Shown here: in pieces, positions 25,831 through 38,700 of the stretch
How positions within the stretch are numbered: position 1 is the first letter of the stretch
Layout: each line of letters starts with the position of its first letter
NCBI GenBank assembly: GCA_017499595.2
Contig: CM039004.1
Span: forward strand, 3,038,001 to 3,102,000
Direction of reading: 5' to 3'
Origin: Psilocybe cubensis
Taxonomy: Eukaryota
DNA: 64,000 nucleotides
Made by a program: the position numbers and the translations under genes
Notes under the pieces: generated by a model
Told to the model about the DNA's origin: nothing
The model's input: the letters and a program-made list of their open reading frames with translations, nothing else
Databases searched by the model: none

Positions 25831-27100
25831 TATATGTATTCAATTAGATAAAGCAAAATTTGAGAGCTTGTTTTACGACAAGGACTTTCACTGCAGGGGT
25901 GGGGTGGGCTGACAGGTCTAGTTCGATCTGAAGAATATTGATCTAATAATAGTTAAAACTAAGTTACATATGAGAATAATAGAAATTCGAATAGAAATCG
26001 TTAAGATTTAGGGTAGAGGGTTACGGGCATCAGGGTATAGGGCATAGCAGCTGTATCCTGTATAAATATACCCTTTTAGCAGCCTAATCATTACCGATAT
26101 CTTCTGCTACTCGTTTCTATCATACAATACGTACTACAGTATGAACACTTCTTCATCCATTCCAAATGCAAATGAAACTCATCAGGACGCTGGATCCTTT
26201 CCTGTTAGTTAAACATCTATTTTATGAATTATCTATACTAACAATTTTTGTAGATCGGTGTAAAAATTTTTTATATTGACGGTCAAGGCAGATGTATCTA
26301 TGGGATTGTTAAATGTCACCAAGCCATGCACGTAAGTTTATAACATTACTTGTCATTTACTATACCTGATTGGGGCTCCAGTGTACACTTCTTCTGCACA
26401 TAAAACCTCTCGACTCAGATGGAAAAGAACAGAACATGACATGGATTGTACCGTAAGTAAAATATATTTATATTTAAACATCTTTTGTTAAATTAATATT
26501 CTGTTTAAATAAAGTTCCTATGCAGTCATTTGTGTATAGTCTGTATATACTCGTTATATATCCAGTACCAGAGGTTCATATGTATCCATGATGAAAGAAA
26601 ATGTTAATCAAATATCAACGAGTATACAATATTAGAACACGAATCTGATGAATAGGGTACGCGTTGGCGAGTCAGTATGCTCACGTGACAGGTTTATTAC
26701 ATAGTCAGATAAAGGTCGGCTATTCGATCTCCTTTGTCCGATTAGATTACTAAATACTGATAAGTCACTGATGTAGCCACAAAATATAAATGCATGTATG
26801 TTTCTACTGTAGAGCACCAGTGAACAAACAATACTTTACCTGTATATCGATTACTCATGCACCGATACCCCTATGCTCTGTACCAGAACCATGCTACAGT
26901 CACTTTGCATTATACTGGTATTGACTTATGTCGGAAATATGAACCTTGGTTAAACCTTCATTCGATTACCAACAGCAATGATAACTACCCGCAATGGACC
27001 CAACCGACCTGCGTGAAATATGGTACCACTTTATTATTAATAATTCCATGACCTGACCGATATTCATCGCAATCTAATATCTAATTACATATATCATACC

Positions 27101-28709
27101 CTATATCCGATTATAATAACCATGTTTTTGTGAAATAGTCGTAGCCCAACTCCATTTATTTTTGTTGATATCAGGTTGTATCTCACATTCTCTCCGCTTC
27201 CCGGGGTCGGACCGCCATATACGGACCCTTCCAGCTTCCGCACAGACAGCCAATGAATCGCTGGACCAGTCCACTCCACACGAGCTAGACGAACCCCCCC
27301 TCAACCTCACAGCGTGGATGGGTCCGACATCTAATCGAGTGTCGCGTGCAACACTGAAAATGAAAGCATCCCCGTTGTGAGGCCCTCCTCCGTATGCCAA
27401 CCATCGACCACACGGTGAGAGTGACGATTTCACATAAAATGATGGACTCCCCCAGAGACTGTCGCATGGGTTTTGGCTACTGTAGACGTTTAGATCCAAC
27501 ACACAATACACATATATCCTTGCATCGGTGCCAAGTCCGAATATAGTACCGTCCGATTCCTTGACCCCCGATACCAGCGACACAATACCCCTAGACTGGC
27601 GATGGTTGTAGACGGTCGGGTCCAAACTAGAGCACGAGAGGTAGGTATTAGTCGATCTGAGATCCCATAATCGAAGAAAACTACCAAAAGACAATGAGAC
27701 ACACTTTTCTATCGTCTGATAAAACACTCACCCATTCGCGGAACAACTACTTATTACATTATAAGTGGCAGTGTCTTGCAACACGAGCCCCGTAATGGTG
27801 GGTTCCGGAGAAGATCCTACAACCTGATGGGCATGAACGATAGTAGCGACAGACCTAAGACCAGTCGACCCCGAAGATAAACGAACTGATGGATTCATCC
27901 GTAAATCCCAAAGGGATATAGCACCATCTCTACCTCCGGTGTACACAAGCGACTCGCTCATAGGATGCCACATGACACATTTAACCGGCTCGATATGTCC
28001 GTGTAACCAATGCGTTATAACTCGATCTTCGACGTTTACGACAAATGCACCGGGATGATCGTCTCCCACGTACCTTGAATGAGTAGACGTACCAACCAAT
28101 AACGATGTATCATCCCTCTTCCATTTCAAATCGCTTATGTAGGACCGATGACGTATAACTTGCCGTCCCCTAGGTTCTACGCGAGGGAAGGAATACGAAA
28201 AATAAAAACCGACATAGAAGTGCTGTGACCAGAGAGAATTAAACGCACCACGTTCCCATAAACACCTCCGTCGTGCGTCAACGACCTTGATGGATCCCTG
28301 GCAAGTGCCTATCGCAAGAAAGGACTTGCCACTAGCTTTAGATTCTACAAACAAGTTCGAATTATACGCTTTGATGAGCGTTGTACTATACATACCATTT
28401 GAATACGAACAAACGGATTGTCTATCACGCAAGCCGCACTGGTAATCAACACAGTTGAGTGTATCAAATATATTTGAAGATATGAACGAATTTAAAAAAG
28501 GAATCATAGAGGCTGATACATAAATAAAATAAAAATTAGCAGAATGTTAAATGTTCATTCAATAGAAATACTACACCTCTACAACTGATTCCATTTATAA
28601 CAGGATGCAGAAGACGTTGGAACTGACCAATGCGGTGAAAGGTCGACGCGCTGTATCCTTTATCGGTATCGACAGGGATACCTTTTCTACACATATCAGG
28701 GTCTGACAT
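27101..28709 (-). CDS. CDT2: WD40 repeat protein, Cdt2/DTL (DCAF2)-like, divergent, multi-exon
   Basis: ISDLKW, LHGHIEPVKCVMW, YTGGRDGAISLWDLR, LRLWDLR, FYVKSSLSPCGRWLAYGG and GRVRIWR resemble DTL/Cdt2 repeats. The start is approximate. Confidence 0.7.
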
Positions 28710-29157
28710 GATTAGATGAACGATAAATTGAACCACGAACCTTTATAACTGAAATGGTTCGAGAAAATAGCATCATATAGGGTCGACAAGAACGACACAC
28801 AGAAATTGTTCATCCAATTACCCGGAGAAGAAGGATCATCCAGGATCAGTCATTAGTCATGATGATTATGCTTAACAGGTTCGATGACAGATATATGACA
28901 GTCAGCACGACCGATAATTCACGAGATAAGATGTAACCCTGTGATTATTTCCACTACAAGTAAAACGATCGACAACGAATCCTTCGAGTCATAAACACAC
29001 ATTGCTAAATATGTACATCTTCACTGTTTATGGAAATCGCGAGTTGATAACTCACGACAGTGACTTGCTACCGAACAGGGCAAGCTCTCTTGCGTCTCTT
29101 ACAAATACGTTACACGTTCTGCTACCCATGGAATACATGGCTCCTGATTCTACGCCA

Positions 29158-29378
29158 TCCAATTTTAAAAATTGTATAGAAAAGCGGATGCTTACAGAAG
29201 GTTTGGTGGGAGAAGTAAATGTACCTCCTTTATGGGATGCGGCGGTCTCCATATGTGTTTTCTTCCTTTTCAAACGCGAAAGTCAGTACAATAGACACAG
29301 GACAAGATGAGCATATAGTACCGATGCCATTGTTCTTTCTAAACCCATCCTTTTTTTATGTTCATAGGATTCAAAAAA

Positions 29379-29418
<40 letters not shown>

Positions 29419-29545
29419 GATTTATGTCTTCAACCAGATGGCAAGGCACCAAGTACTCTTGACCACCTGGACCAATAATCAACCTATAACCTCTCGGCAC
29501 TGGCGAAATTAAGATGACACTAGTAGTAGGAGTTTTTTGAGGAGG
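29158..29545 (+). repeat. ~390-bp segment, inverted copy of 43471-43834
   Basis: Reverse-complement match, also visible as near-identical peptides (NFKNCIEKRMLTEGLVGEV vs NFKICIEKRMLTEGLVGEV). This copy has an expanded A38 run (29380-29417). Confidence 0.9.
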
Positions 29546-30619
29546 TATACTCGATCAGCATTGACTTTTTAAAGACGATGATACTCGTTTCCATTCCATG
29601 GAAGCATTTAGGCATTAGAAATTTTTCATGGCTCTTAGAGTAAGCCTTTAATAAGGTAGGCGGTACTATAAAGCCTCTTGTATCTAGAGGGCTAGACGAT
29701 TTCGAAGTTTTCAGTCAATCCGTAATTTGTAAAGCTCGAACTTACTAAGCAATTTCTATTAGCTTTGAAGGGAATGGATACGTTTCAAACGTAATCAAGT
29801 TATTGGTGTTCCTTTGATCTTTTGCGAAAGTTTCTTCGATTGCGGTGAACATTGTTTAGCTGTCACAAGTGGAAACGAGCGGTGTTGCTTTCAAGTTGGT
29901 TGGCGTTAAAGTACTCTGTTTTATATTAGTCCGTCATTTACAATAGATTCTGTTGTCATTCGCATAGAATATTTGCGTCGTGTTTCATATGACTAATTAG
30001 TTCTCAATAATGTAATGTGTATATGTTGTGAGGATTAGACTCCTTCTAATTACAGAGTTCTAAATGTTGCTGTGGTTATCCTGTGGACGAACATAGAAAT
30101 ACCATTAACAATCGGGTAAAGTCGTAGAGTGGATAGATATTGCATAAGTGTTGAATATTAATCTAACATGACACCAATCAAAGAGTTCTCCGAGACTGTT
30201 CAGTGTACTAATCCGTGTATACATAATATATGTTCGTAAATGAAGCTATCTATGTCCGGCTATAAGTTTTGATAAGTGGGTCAAATGGTATGTAAAAGTC
30301 CCCTCGTTCCATAGCAATGGTTTACTGATTTACATTTTATAGTCGTAGGATGGCATGACTACAGAAAAATAGCTAGACATTCCGTGAATTACTCAAGTCA
30401 CGAGGAGCCTCGAAAATCACCCACTTACATCAGCAGACATGTTCGGTTTGATGCGTTCCCAGGACCTATGGCCTTGCTGTAAAGCAAAGGCTACCCACTC
30501 TTAATTAAGGATGTTATGACTAGAACTTTGAAATAATTCAATTTGAGTTAAACGCTTTATCTTTCGGTCAAGTCCCTTTTTACTCTACTCACTTCAATTG
30601 TTAAATTGCATTATAAAGT

Positions 30620-32815
30620 GTCGATCAATGCCTTCACTTGTATGGCCTTTGGAATGAAAGGAACGCTATTGTCGGATCCCTTGGCGTGGAACTAAGGAAA
30701 CGAACCACCATCGGTGCCGAACTCGCGGTGAAGGTGCTATTACGGTGTTCGAGAACCGCAAGCTCTAAATCTCGAATTCGCTTGTCAGAACTCAGGTGCG
30801 TAATCACCATCACAAATTCATACTGCCTCCGAGCTATCGGTTTCCCAGTATGGAGACCTTGTTAAGTCGTTTCTACCTTTGAAATCTGTGGAATAAATTG
30901 CAAAATCCCAGCTTCTAGGAATATAAAGACTCCCTAGAGCACCATTGCATTGCTAAATCGTTGAAACGGACGCATTTCTGACTTGCCAGAGTTTTATGAA
31001 GCTGAATTTCGTCGTTTACAGCTCGACGAGTTGACTTGACACCGCCCCGGTGGATAATTTAAGTTGGAGTCTCATTCACATTATTGTATATAGATGCAAA
31101 AAAATGTATGTTATTCAAGCTAGTATATAGACAATACATTGTCTAACACTGACGGCAGTTGGTTTAACACAGAATTACTCACTCTCGGTGAAGCGTCGAC
31201 TTGACTACATGTTCAGATCTCCAGACGTTTGCGTCAATGATATCAGGACCATACATAATTTGGTCAAAAAATGGTTTAACCTGACTACGTAGGACCCTAT
31301 ACGCGTAGATTTGGTTATTTTGGCCCGTCAAAACTGTTGTAGAGGAGAAAAACACTCAAAATATGCCAATGTCCTGCTAATTCACGGCGCTGAAGAAGGC
31401 AATGGAGGAACGCCAATGGATAGCTCCGAGGCAGTATGGGTCTGTGATGGTGATCACGCACCGGAGTTTTGACAGCAAATGTGAAATTTAGAGCTTGCGG
31501 TTCTCGTACACGCTATGCGTGTTTATGAAGCTCCCGTGTCGACATGCATCTTAATTATTCTATGATAGCCCAGAATTTGCTTTTCCTTGACGAGCCCACA
31601 TCTGGTCTTGACTCTCAGAGTGCCTGGAACATTGTTGCCTTCTTGCGAAGCTTGGCCGAACAAAGCCAGGCTATCCTATGCACGTAGGTAAGCAGCTATT
31701 ATCAATTATTTATATACTGATCTGTCTTATTCATTAGGATTCATCAAGTGAGCTTCTGCGGTGATGTACCTCTTTGCCATCTTAATGATTTTTTTTTTTG
31801 TCAAAAAACCTTTCGCTGAATTGTTCCATGTACGTCGTTTGACACAATTTTATTGTACCTTGACTGACCAAAATTTACCAGGTCTTCGATCGCTTCCTTT
31901 TGTTGAGGAGAAGGGTGGCTAAACAGTCTACTTCGGTGACCTTGGACACAATGCTGAAACTTTGCTGCACTACTTCGACTCCAACGGTGCTCGCCCATGT
32001 CTTCCTGAAGAAAATCCGTGCGTTATTTTTAACCGTTACACTGATGCCTTATCCTGATCTATCTCCGTCTAATTTCTAGTGCCGAATATATGTTGGACGT
32101 TATTGGTGCCGGAGCGACTGCCTTCAGCAGCATCAACTGGCACGAAGTTTGGAAACGCTCCCCGAGGCAGTCAGGACTGAGCAGGAAATCCAGGAGATCC
32201 ATACAATTGGACGAAGTCAACCTGCTGTTGAAACTGATCTCAGGATTGAATACCCCACCCCATGGCGCAACCAGGTCATCGAACTTGTCATTTAAACAAG
32301 GAGCTGCTGACCATTACCGCATCGCCAAGCTCATCCTCAATGTTGCTGGTGGCTTCTTCATTGGTCTGTCTTTCTCAAGAACCAGGACAGTATACAAAAC
32401 GTTCAGAATTGTATATGTGTAAGTCTTGTTCGTTTTAGGATTTGATCTTCGATCTCATAACCTCCTTTTACTAGACTGTTTACATGCTTCTCGTCTTGAA
32501 GTTGGTTTCAATTACTTTGTTGAGTTCACGAAACTGACCAATATTTCTACAGTCAACCGTTGGTGAACATGTTGCAAGTTCCCTTCGTCGCTACCCGTAC
32601 TATCTACGAGGTCAGGAAGCACCCAAGCGGAATGTACAGCTGGACCGCCCACATCATTGCCCAAATTCTGGCTGAACTGCCATGGAACATCCTGGGATCC
32701 TGCCTTTACTTCCTTGTTTGGTGCTGGACCTCCCGCTTCCTATCTGGTCGCGCTGGTTATTTGTACTTGTCTGTTGGAGTTGTGTTCCCTCTTTACTACA
32801 CCACCATCGCCCTAG
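30620..32815 (+). pseudogene. PDR/ABCG transporter fragment (NBD2 and part of TMD2), disrupted
   Basis: GSLGVELRKRTTIGAELAVK, then ~830 bp of unrelated sequence, then [37 protein letters not shown] and YSWTAHIIAQILAELPWNI, with frameshifts; both ends are missing. Confidence 0.85.
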
Positions 32816-33750
32816 TACGCAATGCCTACGGTCTGCATTTTTTCAGGCATGGCAATACATCGGACTCGGAGATATAAATAAACGCAGAATGACGTTAGGA
32901 CACTGCTCATCCAGGCACTCCTTACATGTTGCGTCGTCATAGGTGTTAACATTCGTCAAAGGCATGCTCGCCTGCATCGCATCACCCTCGCCAAGTCCCG
33001 CGACCGACGTTTGCCATAGCAATGCTCGCCTGAATTGCATCACCCTCTCCAACCTGAGGTGACCTGCAATTCATTTCGCTGAGATTCGGCAAAGGCTCAC
33101 ACGCCAGAACATGTCCGTTCTCCATGCCACTACTCGCCGCAAATACGGAGAAGTCTTTCAGGGTTTCTAGGCATGGGCCCAACATTGTGGCGGAGAACGG
33201 CGAAATAAGAATTGGCGATCCTGATAATGGACCTTTTAACCTGGAGGATACAGATCCAGAAACACTGATAGAATGTTCGTAATCCATCCCTTAATATAAG
33301 TGATATTTTTACTTACCTTGTTCCAAGTGTGACGCTAGTGACAACTGTGGCTCGGAGAGTAATAGCAGTTCCGTAGCGGCACACGGAAAAGGTTTCGAAA
33401 GGAAGCTTAGAGGTCGAATAGACAGGTTAAAGTACTCTGTATTCGATGCTTTTCTGTAGCTACTACATAGCTGTATTTATACTGTAAAGGATAAGGTGTC
33501 CAAAAGAAGTAGACGAAGAAAAAGATAAAAGAGGGTTAATTGGGAAACACATGAAGGTGGAGTATAAGTCAGTTTCAAGGGGAATAGAATGAAGGATTAG
33601 GAACATAGAATGAAGAAAATGAGCTAACGGGGTGCGTGTATCGGGTGGACGGAGCGAAGGTGAAGTCCACAGAAACGAAAATTAAAGATAAGATAAAAAA
33701 GAGGATTATCGGGGTGTGGGAAACAGACCGGAACGTCACACCAAGTCAAA

Positions 33751-34037
33751 CGGGTCCATTGGCTACGTGCCAGAGCACAGTTCCACAGATGGCGAGAAGA
33801 GGCTATGCTTCTTGGGTACGAAATGGACTGAACGATGAGATATTTCCTACGAAAGGAGAAATAGTGGATGAACAGTGCAGTAGCGGCAATGGCTGGTGAT
33901 GCCTCTGCTAATGACGTGGTACAAAAGGGGCGAGCAGCCTATGCCAATCGCCAAGCAGCCATGTGGGGTGACTTGGCGAGGCGAACAGATTACCTATTTC
34001 GTATTACCAAGCCTGGCTATAAAAAGGGGTTAATCTA
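33751..34037 (+). pseudogene. C-terminal remnant of a KDZ (Kyakuja-Dileera-Zisupton) transposase
   Basis: My translation: RVHWLRARAQFHRWREEAMLLGYEMD*TMRYFLRKEK*W...GRAAYANRQAAMWGDLA, matching the W..ARA...RW.EE..LL..EM / AYA.RQA tail of basidiomycete KDZ transposases; two in-frame stops. Confidence 0.7.
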
Positions 34038-34114
34038 AAAATAGATATGGTTCAGCGTAAAAAAAATTGAATCATGAATCTTGAAAAAGTCCAACACATC
34101 TGCGGTGACCGTCC

Positions 34115-36616
34115 ATGACGTTTTCTTCAATCGATCCTTTCGATCTACATGGTTTTGCATCTGAATCGGCAAAGCAGTACCGCGAACACATACAAGAGCT
34201 CGTCTACTATGGGGAATCACGATTAAAACGAGCGGTGGACGAGATTTTAAAAAAACCGATGGAAGATCAAGCTCCATTCCAAAAATGCCTACGAAAAGAA
34301 CTGGTTAGTAACTCAATTAATGGGATACCTTTTACTAATGGTTTTACAGCATTACTTTTTGACTTACGTGGGCTTGATCACATCAATGGGACAAGTTGTT
34401 GATGTACCATTTACGCTGCGTTCGTTGGCATTTTCTTTAGGGAGAATTGCTCCAGAGGATCTACCCATGCAATTCAACGTCGAGTTCGTGCAAGCGCTTA
34501 ACATAACACGCGATGAAGACCGTGGGGAAGTAGTAGCGAGCTACAAAAGACCGTGGTGGGAAGAATTCAGGCCAAGTTGGCGATCTGTCATAGACGATGG
34601 TTCAATCGGCGAGTGTTTATCACACCACAGGAAACTAATAGGAATAGAAAATAAACATCGTTTTATTGAGTCTCTTGGTAGCGATATCACTCCATCCTCG
34701 TTTGCCATGACACCAGGAGAGCGAATGCTCTTTGAACCACTTCAGAACGCTCGGCGAACAATTATGGTAATGACTGAAGCTCAAACGAGCCATCAGAGTG
34801 TCATTTTCAGAAAGGCAGAGGAATACTGGAATCTGCATGACGCTTCGAAGGCCGAAGGGATGAATAGGGACCATTGGAAAATGGGCATTACCGAGATGGG
34901 TAACAATATTACGGAGATTGGAGGTGTTGACTATGTTGATAGGTGCGTGTTTCTGCAGAGGAATAGCGTTCCAGCGGCGTTGATACCGAAACACCTAAGA
35001 ATAGGATATCAACACCGGCATTTCAACGTGCGACGTCATGCAATGACCCGCCTTTGGTTCGGGATTCAAAACACCGTTCGAAAGACTGGAAACCGTCAGA
35101 ATTGGATGATGATTACAGTCTCTCCCCGCTTCCGTCCCCTGCACTGCTGTACCGCTCAGAATCAATCCAAACCGATCAAGGCACCGTGCCTGTAGAAACT
35201 GTACCGCCCCATTCTGGTCCTGATATCTCGTGTGGTTCGCCAGAAGAAATGGGCGATCTTTCTATGCAAGCGTCACTATCACCAGGTTTTGCTAGCGCAC
35301 GGTCCCGCGATGAAATGGCAGAGTTGTACGAGGATATAAAGCCCCATATCCAAGAACCTATCCAAAGTTACTCGCCCGAATTCCACCCACCCATCCGTAT
35401 TCCTTTGGCAGATGAATTAGGAGATCTTTTCAGGGACATCCCTTCAACTCCAGGCCGATCATTTGATATGGAGATACTGGGGATACAGTCTCCTAATGTG
35501 CTCGCGACATTATACGAGGAAATAACACCCCAATTCGGCATAGATCGCCAATCCTCGCCGGAAATCAAAACACTTCGCCTGAACCCTTCGGCAGATGATT
35601 TAGGAGAACTTTTCAATGATATTTTACCGCCCTCAGGCCTCTCTATCGATCCTGATATTACTGCAACGCGACCTTCTGATGTACGTTCAACGCGGGACGA
35701 GGATGTAACGCTCCAAATTAACGTAGATCGCCAATCCTCGCCGGAAATCTGCGCACTTCGCCTTAATCCTTCACCAGATGATTTAGTAGATCTTTTCAGG
35801 GACATTCTACCACCTGCAGGCCTGTACCCCAATCTTGATATTAATGGAACGCGGCCTTCTAATGTGCCTGCAACATTGTACAAGGAAATCACACCCCAAG
35901 TCGACGTAATTCGCCAATCCTCACCGGAAATCTATGCGCCTCACCTTAATCCTTCACCAGATGAGTTAGGAAATCTTTTCAGGGGTATTCTTCCACCTTC
36001 AGGTCCATTTTCAAATGTCGAGTATACTGGAACTCAGTCTCCGCAAGAGTGTACAACAATGCGCGAGGATTCGACGCCTAAATGCTACCCATCTCGCCAC
36101 ATTGCTTCGACGGATGAATTAAGCGAACTCTTTATGGACATCCTACCTAATCCAGAGCCTTTGAAGAGGTCAGAGGCCCAGACCCCCAATAAACGTTCAG
36201 GGTTTACAGAAGATACACCACCCACGTATCATCCAAACTGTTATATTTCATCACCGGACGAATTAGGAGAGCTTTTCAGGGACTTAAAACCTGCCTCAGA
36301 GCTGTCGGAGAGCCCTAGTGCCTACGTTGCACAGTCCCCAAATGACATTGCAGCACTTTGGCAAAATACTAACCAACCCAATAACCATTCACCTCGCCAT
36401 AATGCTTCGCCAAATGAGCTGGGGGCGTTGTTTCAAGGTATTACACGGCTCGCTCAAACGACGGATAATAGTGCTAACACAGCACTGCAAGGTACCTCAA
36501 ACGTCATGTCTCGTCCACCAGCCTCGAGCAATATTCATGAAGATCAAAGTCTTTCATTGGGCAGTAGTAACCATCTGAATGGGCTCCCTTCCAAGAGGCA
36601 AAGACGTCAAAAATAA
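34115..36616 (+). CDS. Orphan protein with a C-terminal ~59-aa tandem repeat (DELGELF.DI.P)
   Basis: Exon 34115-34302, intron GTTAGT..CTAAT..ACAG, exon in ORF 34320-35195, and ORF 35054-36616 with the repeats. The link between the last two (intron or frameshift) is unresolved. Confidence 0.5.
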
Positions 36617-37342
36617 GCCCTAACCAAACTATCTCTTGCCCTCTGTAACATTAGACAGAATAGAATAGAAGTATTAGAGTACAGAGTATTTAATTTTTTT
36701 TTTTTTGTGCTCGCTGCATTTCGCCCCATTATGGGCGTACTAGCTTACACCGGGGCGAAAAACCTGGGTCCGCTGAATACGAAAACCAGACGCTCAGTTC
36801 CCCGGGTCCGCTGAGCTGTAGCCTGTGCACACCAGATACACATACTCCGGACCCGCTGAGGTGTGACCATACACACATCTATTCGACGGATCGACATGCA
36901 CCACTGACCACAGTACGGCCTTTCCTTGTGTCTTACCATACAGCACACTGTTACACTGGAAAAGACTAACACACTCGATGGAATTGTAAATTTCTGTGTA
37001 TCAGAGGGATGTTGTAGAGTATACGTACAAGCAACAGAAACTCGAGATGATGGTAGAAAGAGAGAGAGAAGGAATACTATTCTGAACAAGTAAAGGATAA
37101 ACAGAAGACAGGCTGAATTTATAAAGCAAAGAACCAAAATCAGAAGCTAAGTAAGTTACATAGCCTACGTAAATTACCGATAATACAAGAGATATTGTCA
37201 AGCGAAACATGGTTGATTCAAGAAAATGTAGGACCGGTGAGAAATACAAGACGTGTAATCTGGGTAAGAGAAAGAGAGGCACCAAGTTCGCCTGACCCTG
37301 CTCGGTTCGCATATGCTCGGAAAGTCGAAAAGTGGTCTTACC

Positions 37343-38700
37343 CTAGAAATAGTGAAGGAAATGAGCTTGTAATAACTCGATTTCCATTTCTGTCATCTTG
37401 GTCTGGGAAAAATTGGCGAATCTGTGCAAAAAGCCGTGTATATAGTCGGGGGTCCATCGAGAAACAGCGTAAATCATTTCTTGCTTTGTAATCCCAAAGG
37501 CATGAAAGTCCTGCAAAAGGTGTATCATGGAAGGGGAACAGGAGTCGAGAAAGGATGCAATTGCATCATTTTCATTCGAGTCATAACGCGACGGTGGGCG
37601 GGATACGGTATTGGCTGACGATGAGGCTGGAAGTCTCACTGTTAACTCTGGTTGGGATGATGAAATTACCATACATACCATTGACGTTCTCCTCTAATCG
37701 TGAATCTGAGGAACTCGCCGATGTGGAAACCAACGGAACTATTTCAGGAAGGGTAAGTTTACTACGGGCTGGTCCGGGCATCTTCAATGAATTGGGGGTT
37801 GGGTACACCTTTAGTTGGTAAAAAAAGGATGAAGGGCCGTTATTTACTCACCCCTTTACGCTTCCGTACATTATAGCGCGCCATCTCAAGTCTCTCAATT
37901 ATGTATTGCTCCACAAGATCAAGTCTTTCACTTTGATCATTTTGCAGTGAGTGGTTAAAAATATCGGGGTATGCTTTTAATACCTGTAGGAAAAAAAAAA
38001 AAAAAAAAACTGTAGTAAGTAAAGGTCCATGCAAATTAAACACATAGTCCGTGCCCACCGTTTGACGAAACAATTTCCGTTGTTCAACTTGAAGAGAAGG
38101 TGGCAAATCCAATGTTAAGCAATCCTGCCCAATTTTAATGATGTCGTTCTGTGAAGCAATGAGGATAATGTGCATGAATAGTATTGGAAATACTAACGAC
38201 GATGTCCGAGACTGCTTGGTCATTATTCAAGCATACTGAGTTAAGCATGGCTTTTAGCTGACGCTCGCCCTATGTCATGCACTGTTAGTGTGTTGTACAT
38301 AGTGGTGAATAGTACTGTTGTACTTGGCCTGTCTCTGTCTTGCTCTGAATTGTTTGCATTTCTGGAAGATATGGGAGGGCTTATTGTCTGTTGGGGAATG
38401 ATAGAGGGGCAAGGGAAAGTTCAAGTTCAACTTTACGATCCCTCTTGTATCCGCCAATTTGACTGTGACGCTGTTCAATCGCTGTTCGGATCCGATATAT
38501 CTGATCATTCTGATGTGTGTTACTTTTTTTTAAACTCACCTGTCTGTCACCGTGCAGTGCGGCGCATTCAATGAATTTATTTTTAGTTTCCGTGGGCAGA
38601 GGGAATTGCCATCGCCGGAAAGGCTCGGGTACAAAGGAGAGATCGACATTTACAGTTGGTCTGTTGGAGACTGTGTTTGATAGTAGGTTGGGATTGCATT
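37343..38700 (-). CDS. Agaricomycete hypothetical protein (multi-exon)
   Basis: Chain of minus-strand ORFs separated by GT-AG introns, ending in ASFLDSCSPSMIHLLQDFHAFG...EMEIELLQAHFLHYF. The start is uncertain. Confidence 0.45.

Noticed and set aside
36700-37342. Solo LTR or DIRS terminal repeat (minus strand; TATA-like motif, GGTCCGCTGA repeats)
   Set aside because: Composition is suggestive, but I found no second copy, clean TG..CA ends or TSD in the window.
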